The position numbers and the translations under genes are program-made. Source: the human T2T-CHM13v2.0 reference genome, Homo sapiens. From it: a stretch of 64,000 bases of DNA. Shown piece after piece: positions 53,211 to 64,000 of this stretch; the first letter of the stretch is position 1, and each line of letters starts with the position of its first letter. The notes beneath the pieces were generated by a model, which saw nothing but the letters and a program-made list of their open reading frames with translations, made no database searches and was not told where the DNA came from. The DNA is taken from the NCBI RefSeq assembly GCF_009914755.1, contig NC_060931.1; one strand, 5' to 3'.

Positions 53211-53695
53211 CCAATGCTCTCCAATAGAAATTTATTGCAAGCTACATATGTAACTTTAAATTTTCTAGTAACTACATTTTAAAAAGAGCAGGTGCAATTA
53301 ATTTTAATACTATATTTTATTAACCCAATATATCCAAAATATTATCATGTGAACATGTAATGGATATAAAAATTATTAATGAGATATTTTACATTCTAAT
53401 TTCCACACTAAGTCTTTTAAATCTGGTGTGTGTTCTACTTACAGCATATTTCAATTTGAGTGCTAAATTTTCAACAGTTAAAATGTTGTCCTACCAAAAC
53501 AATAAGGTATGTATGCATTTAAAGGAAAAATATTTCACTCTGCTTCAGTTTTTAAATGTAAGTTAAAATTAATTTAAAACGTCACTAGTGTGACCAGTCA
53601 CACTTGCACATTTCAGGTACTCCATAGCCACAAGTGGCTGGTGGCTACAGCATTGGGGAGTGTAGATATAGAACATTCCACTGTACAGCTGTGGT
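53211..53695. mobile_element. MER3/MER33-like hAT-Charlie element
   Basis: caatgctctccaatagaaat...agccacaagtggctggtggctac; flanked by tctagac. Confidence 0.6.
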
Positions 53696-54372
53696 CTAGA
53701 CATTGAGCTCCAGGCAGATACAATCTCTTACTCATCTTCAGGGCTCTATGACTTAACAGTGCCTGTTACACAGTAGGAACGCCATAAATGAAGAACTCAT
53801 TCATAGATCTGGGACTGAGATCATCATGAGCAGCACACTGATTAAGGGTGAAAAGACACACCTTCACAACATGGCCATGGATGGCCCTATTTACCTCCTC
53901 CTGAGCAGGACAAATAGTTAATATACGTGGAGGGATTTTGGTGTTGCAGACAGCAAATTATTTGTGGAATCTATTTGTTCTTCCCAACTGACTTAATATA
54001 AAAAAGAATTTGTATGATGGAATTTTAGACTCAAGATTGTCTTTGGTACAAGGCGGGAACCCGGTGTACCTTGGGACCAGGGGACTGACACAGTGGTTGT
54101 CTGCTGGGGGCAGGAGGGGGCAGCAGAGAGCCACCAGGGTGGTTGGCTCCGGGGAACCCAAAAGATGATGGATGAGTGGGAAAATGGACTGTTAGGGTGA
54201 ACCCAAATCACAAACTCATAGATCAAAAGGAAAGCCAGGCTAGAAAGCCAAGCCAGGATGGAATCAATGTATAAGAAAATATGCTGTGAATCTGTGGTTT
54301 CCCTTATCACTTCAGTAGGAGATTTGACCTTTACTTTCTTTCTACTTAAATTATAAACAAAATGAAGAAAAT

Positions 54373-54518
54373 TGGCCAAGTGTGGTGGCTCATGCCTGTA
54401 ATCCCAACACTTTGGGAGGCTAAGGCAGAAGAATCATTTGAGGCCGGGAGTTTGAAACAAGCCTGAGCAACATAGTGAGACCCCATCTCTATTTTTTTTA
54501 AATAATAAAAAAAGAAAA
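54373..54518 (+). mobile_element. Alu left monomer (FLAM-like)
   Basis: Monomer with A-rich tail. Confidence 0.8.
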
Positions 54519-54667
54519 TTAAAATTGCTGTTTACCACACAGAATTTTTAGCAATTTGTATAGCCAAATCCCTGAGTTAACTTTTTGGTGTATTTCCTTC
54601 CAAAATAATAATCATTTTGAATACATGTTTTGTTTTATAAGCTCCTTAAAATTTTTTTTGTCTAATT

Positions 54668-56359
54668 CTGGGTTTCAAGGGGAATGCGTCTAGCTTTTGC
54701 CCATTCAGTATATAATGTTGGCTGTAGGTTTATCATAGATGACTCTTATTATTTGAGATATGTGCCTTTAATACCTAGCTTATTGAGAGTTTTTAATATG
54801 AAGGGGTGCTGAATTTTATCAAAAGCCTTTTCTGCATCTATTGAGATGACCATATAATTTTTGTCTTTAAGTTCTGTTTATGTAATGAATCACATTTTCT
54901 GATTTGCATATGTTAAACTAACCTTGCATCCCAGGGATAAAGCCTGCTTGATTGTAGTGGATAAGCTTTTTGGTGTGTTGCTGGATTTGGTTTGCCAGTA
55001 TTTTGTTGAGGATTTTTGCATTGATGTTCATCTGGCCTGAAGTTTCGTTTTTTGTTGTTTCTCTGCCAAGTTTTGGTTTCAGTATGATGCTGGCCTCATA
55101 GAATGAATTAGGGAGGAGTCCCTCCTCCTCAATTTTTTGGAATAATTTCAGTAGGAATGGACCAGCTCTTCTTTGTACATCTGGTAGAATCTGGCTGTGA
55201 ATCCATCTGGTCCTGGGCTTTTTTTGGTTGGTAGTCTATTTATCACTGATTCAATTTCAGAGCTAGTTATTGGTCTGTTCAGGGATCCAATTTCTTCCTG
55301 GTTCGGTCTTGGGAGGGTGTATGTGTCCAGGAATTTATCTATTTCTTCTAGATTTTCTAGTTTGTGTACACAGAGGTGTTCATAATATTCTCTGATTGTT
55401 GTTTGTATTTCTGTGGCGTCGGTGGTAATATCCCCTTTGCCTTTTCTAATTTCTTTTATTTGGATCTTTTTTGGTTTTTCAAGTCTCAATATCCTTCAGC
55501 TTAGCTTTGATTTTGGTTATTTGTTGTCTTCTGCTAGCTTTGGGGTTGATTTACTCTTGGTTCTCTAGTTCTTTTAGTTGTGATGTTAGGTTGTTAAACT
55601 GAGATCTTTCTAACTTTTTGATGTGGGCATTTAGTGCTATACATTTTCCTCTTAACATTGCCTTAGCTGTGTCCCAGAGATTCTGGTGTGTTGTATCTTT
55701 GGTCTCATTAGTTTCAAAGAACTTCTAGATTTCTGCTTAATTTCATTATTTACCCAAAAATCATTCAGGAGCAGATTATTCAATTTCCATGCAATTGTGT
55801 AATTTTAAGCTATTTTCTTAGTCTTGAATTCTATTTTAATTGCACTGTGGTCTGAGAGAGTGGTTGTTATGATTTCAGTTCCTTTGTATTTGCTGAGGAG
55901 TCTTTTACATCTGATTATGTAATTGAATTTAGAGTATGTGCCATGTGGCAATGAGAAGAATGTATATTCTGTTGTTTTTGGGGTAGAGAGTTCCGTAGAT
56001 GTCTATCAGGTCTGTTTGATCCTGTGCTGAGTTTAGGTTCTGAATATCTCTGTTAATTTTTTGCCTGGGTGATCCAATACTGTCAGTGGAGTGTTAAAAT
56101 TCCCCGCTATTATTGTGTGGGAGTCTAAGTCTCTTTGAAGGTCTCTAAGAACTTACTTTATGAATCTGGGTGCTCCTATGTTGGGCGCATATATATTTAA
56201 GAGAGTTAGGTCTTCTTGTTGAATTTAACCCTTTACCAATATGTAATGCCCATCTTTGTCTTTTTGATCTTTGCTGGTTTAAAGTCTGTTTTGTCTGAAG
56301 TTAGGATTGCAACCTCTGCTTTTTTCTGTTTTCTGTTTGCTTGGTAGATTTTTCTCTAT
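54668..56359 (-). mobile_element. Inverted 5' segment of an L1PA (about L1PA13): ORF2 endonuclease to pre-RT region, disrupted
   Basis: ORF 55148..55489 ([20 protein letters not shown]...[10 protein letters not shown]) is L1 ORF2. Confidence 0.9.
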
Positions 56360-58450
56360 GACCTCTCTCATCACTCCTATTCAATATAGTATTGGAAGTC
56401 CTGGCCAGAGCAATCAGGCAAGAGAAAGAAATAATGGGCATCCACATAGAAAGAGAGTAAGTCAAAATATCCCTGTTTGCAGGTGACATGATCCTATGTC
56501 TAGAAAACCCCATGGTCTCAGCTCAAAAGCTCCTTAAGCTGATAAACAACTTCAGCAAAGTCTTGGGATACAAAATCAATGTACAAAAAATCAGTAGCAT
56601 TCCTATACACCAACAACAGTCAATCTGAGAGCCAATCAGGAATGCAATCCCATTCACAATTGCCACAGAAAGAATAAAATACCTAGAAATACACCTAACC
56701 AGGGAGGTGAAAGATCTCTACAATGAGAACTACAAAATACAGCTCAAAGAAATCAGAGATGACACAAACAAATGGAAAAACATTCCAAGTTCATGGATAG
56801 CAAGAATTAACATTGTTAAGATGGCCATACTGCCCAAAGCAATTTATAGATTTAATGCTATTCCTGTCAAACTACTGATGACATTCTTCACAGAATTAGC
56901 AAAAAACTGTTTTAAAATTCATATTGAACCAAAAAAGAGCCTGAATAGCTAAGGCAACCCTAAGCAAAGAGAACAAAGCTGGAGGCATCATGCTACCTGA
57001 CTTTATACTACAGGTCTACAGTAACCAAAACAGCATGGTACTTACAAAGACAGATACATAGACCCATGGAACAGAATAGAGAGCCCAGAAATAAGGCCAC
57101 ATACCTACAGCCATCTAATCTTCGACAAAGCTGACAAAAACAAGCAATGGGGAAAGGACCCTCTATTTAATAAATGGTGCTGGGAGAACTGACTAACCAT
57201 ATGCAGAAGATTGAAACTGGACCCTTTCCTTACACCATATACAAAAATCAACTCAAGACGGGTTAAAGACTTCAGTGTAAAATCCCAGACTGTAAGAACT
57301 CTGGAAGACAACCTAGTCAATACCATTCTGGATGTTGAAACGGGCAAAGGTTTCGTGATGAAGATGCCAAAAGCAATTGCAACAAAAACAAAAAATGACA
57401 TTGACTGGAAGCCTTATTGATTAACAAAGAAAAGAAATAAATTGACAATGGGATCTAATTAAATTAAAGAGCTCCTGCACAGCAAAAGAAACTATCAATA
57501 AACAGACAACCTACAGAATAGGAGAAAAATTTTGCAAACTATGCATCTGACAAAGGTCTAATATCCGGCATCTATAAAGAACTTATACAAATTTACAAGA
57601 AAAAAAAACCCATTAAAAAGTGGGCAAAGGACATGAACAGACACTTCTCAAAAGAGGACCTACATGTAGGCAACAAGCATATGAAAAAAAGCTCAGCATC
57701 ACTGACCATTAGAGAAATGCAAATCAAAGCTACAATGAGATACCATCTCACACCAGTCAGAATGGCTATTACTAAAAAGTCAAAAAATAACAGATGCTGG
57801 CAAAGTTGTGGAGAAAAAGGAACACTTATACATTGTTGGTGGGAGTGTAAATTAGTTCGACCATTGTAGAAAGCACTGTGGCGATTCTTCAAAGAGCTAA
57901 AAACAGAACTACCATTCAACCCAGCAATCCCATTATTGGGTATATACCCAAAGGAATAGAAATCATTTATCATAAAGACATGCATTTGCATGCTCATTGC
58001 AGCACTATTCACAATAGCAAAGACACAAAATCAACCTAAATGCCCATCAGTGGCAGACTGGATAAAGAAAATGTGGTGCATATACACCATGGAATACTAT
58101 GCAGCCAGAAAAAAGAATGAGATCATGTCCTTTGCAGGAACTTGGATTGAGCTAGAGGCCATAATCCTTAGCAAACTACTGCAGGAACAGAAAACCAAAT
58201 ACCTCATGTTCTCACTTATATTTAATAAGTGGAAACTAAATGATGAGAACATATGGCACATAGAAGAGAACACTGGGGCCTACTGGAGGTTGGAGGGTGC
58301 GAAAAGGGAGAGGATCAGGAAAAATAACTAATGAGTACTAGGCTTAATACCTAGGTGACAAAATAATCTGTACAACAAACCCCCATGACACGAGTCTACC
58401 TATTTAACAAACCTGCACATCAACCCCTGAACTTAAAAGTTAAAAACAAC
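56360..58450 (+). mobile_element. 3' segment of the same L1PA (RT/C-terminal ORF2 remnants and 3' UTR)
   Basis: ORFs 56707, 57211, 57633 and 57990 are ORF2 fragments; 3' UTR ends cctgaacttaaaagttaaaaa. Confidence 0.9.
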
Positions 58451-58508
58451 AAAACCCCAAACAATTTAATATTCTGTGAATATCTTTTCACATCTTTGAA
58501 TTTCTTAG

Positions 58509-58904
<396 letters not shown>

Positions 58905-58927
58905 AGATTTCTTAGCATTCTTATATA

Positions 58928-59079
58928 CTTTTTTTTTTTTTTTTTCCTAAAGAGGTAAGATCTTGTTGCTATGTTGCCCAGGAGGGACTTGAATTCCTGG
59001 GCTCAAGGGATGGGACCCTTCCATCTCAGCTTTCCCAGTAGCTGGGACTACAGGAGTGTGTCACCATGCATGGCTGGCT
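58928..59079 (-). mobile_element. Alu monomer
   Basis: T-run followed by a diverged Alu arm. Confidence 0.7.
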
Positions 59080-59427
59080 CTTATATATATCATTTCTAAT
59101 GGTAGCCTTATGTCCGGTGTGAATTTGCTCTGCTTGATTTAACCAACTGGCAATTAGAAGACACTAGGATTTTTCTAATTTTTCATCAGTTTAAACAGCA
59201 TAAATCCTAGGTACATCTTTGTGTGTATCCATGGTGATTTTCCTTAGAATAAATTTCTGAAAGTAGAATAGTAGGCACATATCTGTAAGTTTTTGCCTTT
59301 GAATTGCCAAATCCCACTCTTGGAACAGCTGTAATAGTGTACACACTTCTGTACTGCTCATTTCCTCAAACCCTCACCAACTCTGGGTAGTATTAAAAAC
59401 AAACAAACAAAAAACAGCCTACCACAT

Positions 59428-59805
59428 TGGCTGGGTATGGTGGCTCACTCCTGTAATCCCAGCACTTTGGGAGGCCAAGGAGGGCAGATCTCTTGAGATC
59501 AGGTGTTTGAGACCAGCCTGGCCAACACAGTGAAACCCTGTCTCTACTAAAAATGCAAAAATTAGCCAGGTATGGTGGCATGTGCCTGTAATCCCAGCTA
59601 CTCGGGAAGCCGAGGCAGGAGAATTGCTTGAACCTGGGAGGCAGAGGTGCAGTAAGCCGAAATTGTGCCACTGCACTCCAGCCTGGGTGACAGAGCAAGA
59701 CTCTGTCTCAAAAGAAACAAACAAACACAAACAAACAAACAGAAAACCTCCCTCAAAAACAACCTACCACAGCAAAAAAACAAAACAAAACAAAAAACAA
59801 AAAAC
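59428..59805 (+). mobile_element. Alu (AluS) with long AC-rich tail
   Basis: Full dimer. Confidence 0.88.
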
Positions 59806-60087
59806 CTAACAACTTTACTAACCTGATTGGTGAAAAAAAATGGCACCTTATTTTTTGAAATATCATTTCTGTGATTACTGCAGGTATTGAACTTAAAAAA
59901 GAGTTTGGTCATCTCTCTCTGTCTCTCTCTCTCTCTCTCTCTGTGGGAGAGAGAGAGCTGCTTATTTTTGTCATTATTCATTTTTTTTTTTTTAGGATTG
60001 GTCAAATGAAACAAGCAATTTTTAATGAATGACGTTTTATAGAAGTAATTTCAATCCAAAAGAATTATTTTTTTTCTTTTTTTATAG

Positions 60088-63000
60088 GTTATTTATTTAT
60101 TTATTTATTATACTTTAAGTTCTAGGGTTCATGTGCACAATGTGCAGGTTTGTTACATACATATGCATGTGCCATGTTGGTGTGCTGCACCCATTAACTC
60201 GTCATTTACATTAGGTATTTCTCCTAATGCTATCTCTCCCCCAGCCCCCACCCCCTGACAGGCCCCAGTGTGTGATGTTCCCCACCCTGTGTCCAAGTGT
60301 TCTCATTGTTCAATTCCCACCTATGAGTGAGAACATGCGGTGTTTGGTTTTCTGTCCTTGTGATAGTTTGCTGTGAATGATGATTTCCAGCTTCATCCAT
60401 GACCCTGCAAAGGACATGAACTCATCCTTTTTTATGGCTGCATAGTATTCCATGGTGTATATGTGCCACATTTTCTTTTCTTTTTTTTTTTTTAGACCGA
60501 GTTTTGCTCTTGTTGCCTAGGCTGGAGTGCAGTGGCAAGATCTCGACTCACCGCAACCTCTGCATCCTGGGTTCAAGCGATTCTCCTACCTCAGCCTTCC
60601 TGAGTAGCTGGGGGTTACAGGCATGTGCCACCATGCCCGGCTAATTTTGTACTTTTAGTAGAGACGGGGTTTCCCCATGTTGGTCAGGCTGGTCTCGAAC
60701 TTCCGACCTCAGATGATCCGCCCAATTCAGCCTCCCAAAGTGCTGGGATTACAGGCGTGAGCCACCGTGCCTGGCCTGTGCCACATTTTCTTAATCCAGT
60801 CTGTCATTGATGGACATTTGGGTTGGTTCCAAGTCTTTGCTATTGTTAATAGTGCCGCAATAAATATACATGTGCATATGTCTTTATAGGAGCATGATTT
60901 ATAATCCTTTGGGTATATACCCATTAATGGGATAGCTGGATCAAATGGTATTTCTAGTTCTAGATCCTTGAGGAATCACCACACTGTCTTCCACAATGGT
61001 TGAACTAATTTACACTCCCACCAACAGTGTAAAAGCGTTCCTATTTCTCCACATCCTCTCCAGCCTCTGTTGTTTCCTGACTTTTTAATGATCGCCATTT
61101 TAACTGGCGTGAGATGGTATCTCATTGTGGTTTTGATTTGCATTTCTCTGATGACCAGTGATGATGAGCATTTTTTCATGTGTCTGTTGGCTGCATAAAT
61201 GTCTTCCTTTGAGAAATGTCTGTTCATATCCTTTGCCCACTTTTTGATGGGTTGCTTGTTTTTTTTCTTGTAAATTTGTTTAAGTTCTTTATAGATTCTG
61301 GATATTAGCCCTTTGTCAGAGGGGTAGATTGCAAAAATTTTCTCCCATTCTGTAGGTTGCCTATTCAGTCTGATGGTAGTTTCTTTTGCTGTGCAGAAGC
61401 TCTTTAGTTTAATTAGATCCCATTTGTCAATTTTGGCTTTTGTTGCCATTGCTTTTGGTGTTTTAGTCACGAAGTCCTTGCCCAGGCCAATGTCCTAAAT
61501 GGTATTGCCTAGGTTTTCTTCTAGGGTTTTTATGGTTTTAGGTCTAACATTTAAGTCTTTAATCCATCTCAAATTAATTCTTGTATAAGGTGTAAAGAAG
61601 GGATCCAGTTTCAGCTTTCCACATATGGCTAGCCAGTTTTACCAGCACCATTTATTAAACAAGAAATCCGTTCCCCATTTCTTGTTTTTGTCAGGTTTGT
61701 CAAAGATCAGATGGTTGTAGATGTGTGGTGTTATTTCTGAGACCTCTGTTCTGTTCCATTGGTCTATATATCTGTTTCGGTAGCAGTACCATGCTGTTTT
61801 GGTTACTGTAGCCTTGTAGTAGAGTTTGAAGTCAGGTAGCGTGATGCCTCCAGCTTTGTTCTTTTTGCTTAGGATTGTCTTGGCCATGTGGGCTCTTTTT
61901 TGGTTCCATATGAACGTTAAAGTAATTTTTTCCAATTCTGTGAAAAAAGTCATTGGTAGCTTGATGGGGATGGCATTGCATCTATAAATTACCTTGGGCA
62001 GTATGGCTGTTTTCACGATATTGATTCTTCCTATCCTTGAGCATGGAATGTTCTTCCATTTGTTTGTGTCTTCTTTTATTTCATTGAGCAGTGGTTTGTA
62101 GTTCTCCCTGAAGAGATCTTTCACATCCCTTGTAAGCTGGATTCCTAGGTATTTTATTCTCTTTGTAGTAATTGTGAATGGGAGTTCACTCATGATTTGG
62201 CTCTCTGTTTGTCTGTTATTGGTGTCTAGGAATGCTTGTGATTTTTGCACATTGATTTTGTATCCTGAGACTTTGCTGAAGTTGCTTATCAGCTTAAGGA
62301 GATTTTGGGCTGAGACAGTGGGGTTTTCTAGATATACAATCATGTCATCTGCAAACAGGGACAATTTGACTTCCTCTTTTCCTAACTGAATACCCTTTAT
62401 TTCTTCCTCTTGCCTGATTGCCCTGGCCAGAACTTCCAACACTATGTTGAATAGGAGTGGTGAGAGAGGGCATCTTGTCTTATGCCAGTTTTCAAAGGGA
62501 ATGCTTCCAGTTTTTGCCCATTCAGTATGATATTGGCTGTGGGTTTGTCATAAACAGCTCTTATTGTTTTGAGATATGTTCTATCAATACCTAGTTTATT
62601 GAGAGTTTTTAGCATGAAGGGTGTTGAATTTTGTTGAAGGCCTTTTCTGCATCTATTGAGATAATCATGTAGTTTTTGTCGCTGGTTCTGTTTATGTGAT
62701 GGATTACGTTTATTGATTCGCGTATGTTGAACCAGCCTTGCATCCCAGGGATGAAGCCGACTTGATCATGGTGGATAAGCTTTTTGATGTGCTGCTGGAT
62801 TAGGTTTGCCAGTATTTTATTGAGGATTTTCGCATCGATGTTCTTCAGGGATGTTGGTCTAAAATTCTCTTTTTTTTGTTGTGTCTCTGCCAGGCTTTGG
62901 TATCAGGATGATGCTGGCCTCATAAAATGAGTTAGGGAGGATTCCCTCTTTTTCTACTGATTGGAATAGTTTCAGAAGGAATGGTACCAGCTCCTCTTGT

Positions 63001-64000
63001 ACTTCTGGTAGAATTTGGCTGTGAATCTTTCTGGTCCTGGACTTTTTTTTGGTTGGTAGGCTATTGATTATTGCCTCACTTTCAGAGCCTGTTATTGGTC
63101 TATTCAGAGATTCAGTTTCTTCCTGGTTTAGTCTTGGGAGGGTGTATATGTCCAGGACTTTATCCATTTCTTCTAGATTTTCTAGTTTATTTGCGTAGAG
63201 GTGTTCATAGTATTCTCTGATGGTAGTTTGTATTTCTGTGGGATTGGTGGTATCCCCTTTATCATTTTTTATTGTGTCTATTTGATTCTTCTCTTTTCTT
63301 CTTTATTAGTCTGTCTAGGGGTCTATCAATTTCGTTGATCTTTTCAAAAAACCAGCTCCTGGATTCATTGATTTTTTGAAGGTTTTTTGTGTCTCTATTG
63401 CCTTCAATTCTGCTCTGATCTTAGTTATGTCATGCCTTCTGCTAGCTTTTGAGTTTGTTTGCTGTAGCTTCTCTAGTTCTTTTAATTGTGGTGTTAGGAT
63501 GTTGATTTTAGGTCTTTCCTGCTTTCTCTTGTGGGAATTTAGTGCTATAAATTTCCCTCTACAAACTGTTTTAAATGTGTCCCGGAGATTCTGGTATGTT
63601 GTGTCTTTGTTGTCATTGGTTTCAAAGAATATCTTTATTTCTGTCTTCATTTTGTTATTTACTCAGTAGTCATTCAAGAGCAGGTTGTTCAGTTTCCCTG
63701 TAGTTGTGCAGTTTTGAGTGAGTTTCTTAATCCTGAGTTCTAATTTGATTGCACTGTGGTCTGAGAGACAGTTTGTTGTGATTTCTGTTCTTTTACGTTT
63801 GCTGAAGAGTGCTTTACTTCCAATTATGTGGTGAATTTTAGAATAAGTGCGATGTGGTGCTGTGAAGAATGTATATTCTATTGATTTGGGGTGGAGAGTT
63901 CTGTAGATGTCTGTTAGGTCCACTTGGTGCAGAGCTGAGTTCAAGTCCTGGATATCCTCGTTAACCTTCTGTCTCATTGATCTGTCTAATATTGACAGTG
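60088..64000 (-). mobile_element. L1PA (about L1PA5-7), 3' UTR and fragmented ORF2, running off the right edge
   Basis: ORFs 60976, 61639 ([13 protein letters not shown] motif), 62859, 63315 and 63663 are ORF2 pieces separated by stops or frameshifts. Confidence 0.93.
60472..60776 (-). mobile_element. Alu (AluSp-like) inserted in L1
   Basis: TSD tgtgccacattttctt. Confidence 0.92.

Noticed and set aside
60976-63977. RT-containing ORFs (267 aa and others) as an active retroelement or novel RT system
   Set aside because: They are L1 ORF2 fragments broken by stops and frameshifts, with an Alu inserted.

Overview
Primate, almost certainly human, genomic DNA recognisable as the TMEM209/SSMEM1 locus (7q32 from memory, not checked here). 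The 5' half of TMEM209 lies on the minus strand as six coding exons (16763-16765, 15364-15500, 15178-15236, 13922-14053, 13240-13481, 4017-4218) starting from a CpG-island promoter at about 16.5-17.0 kb; the gene continues off the left edge. Head-to-head with it, SSMEM1 (C7orf45) is complete on the plus strand (CDS 19301-19483, 24870-24924, 27365-27861; 244 aa). The remaining ~36 kb has no supportable coding exons and is dense in Alu, LTR/ERV, hAT DNA transposons and L1, including nested LTRs, a solo LTR12C, an MLT2A and a twin-primed inverted L1. I see no clearly new biological system. The best testable leads are a potential stop-free in-frame circular RNA from TMEM209 exons 2-5, perfect TACTAAC branch points in both SSMEM1 introns, ATG-initiated exon 2 in both genes, and a second promoter-like element between them. 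Repeat subfamily names are by eye and boundaries are approximate unless a target-site duplication (TSD) is cited.
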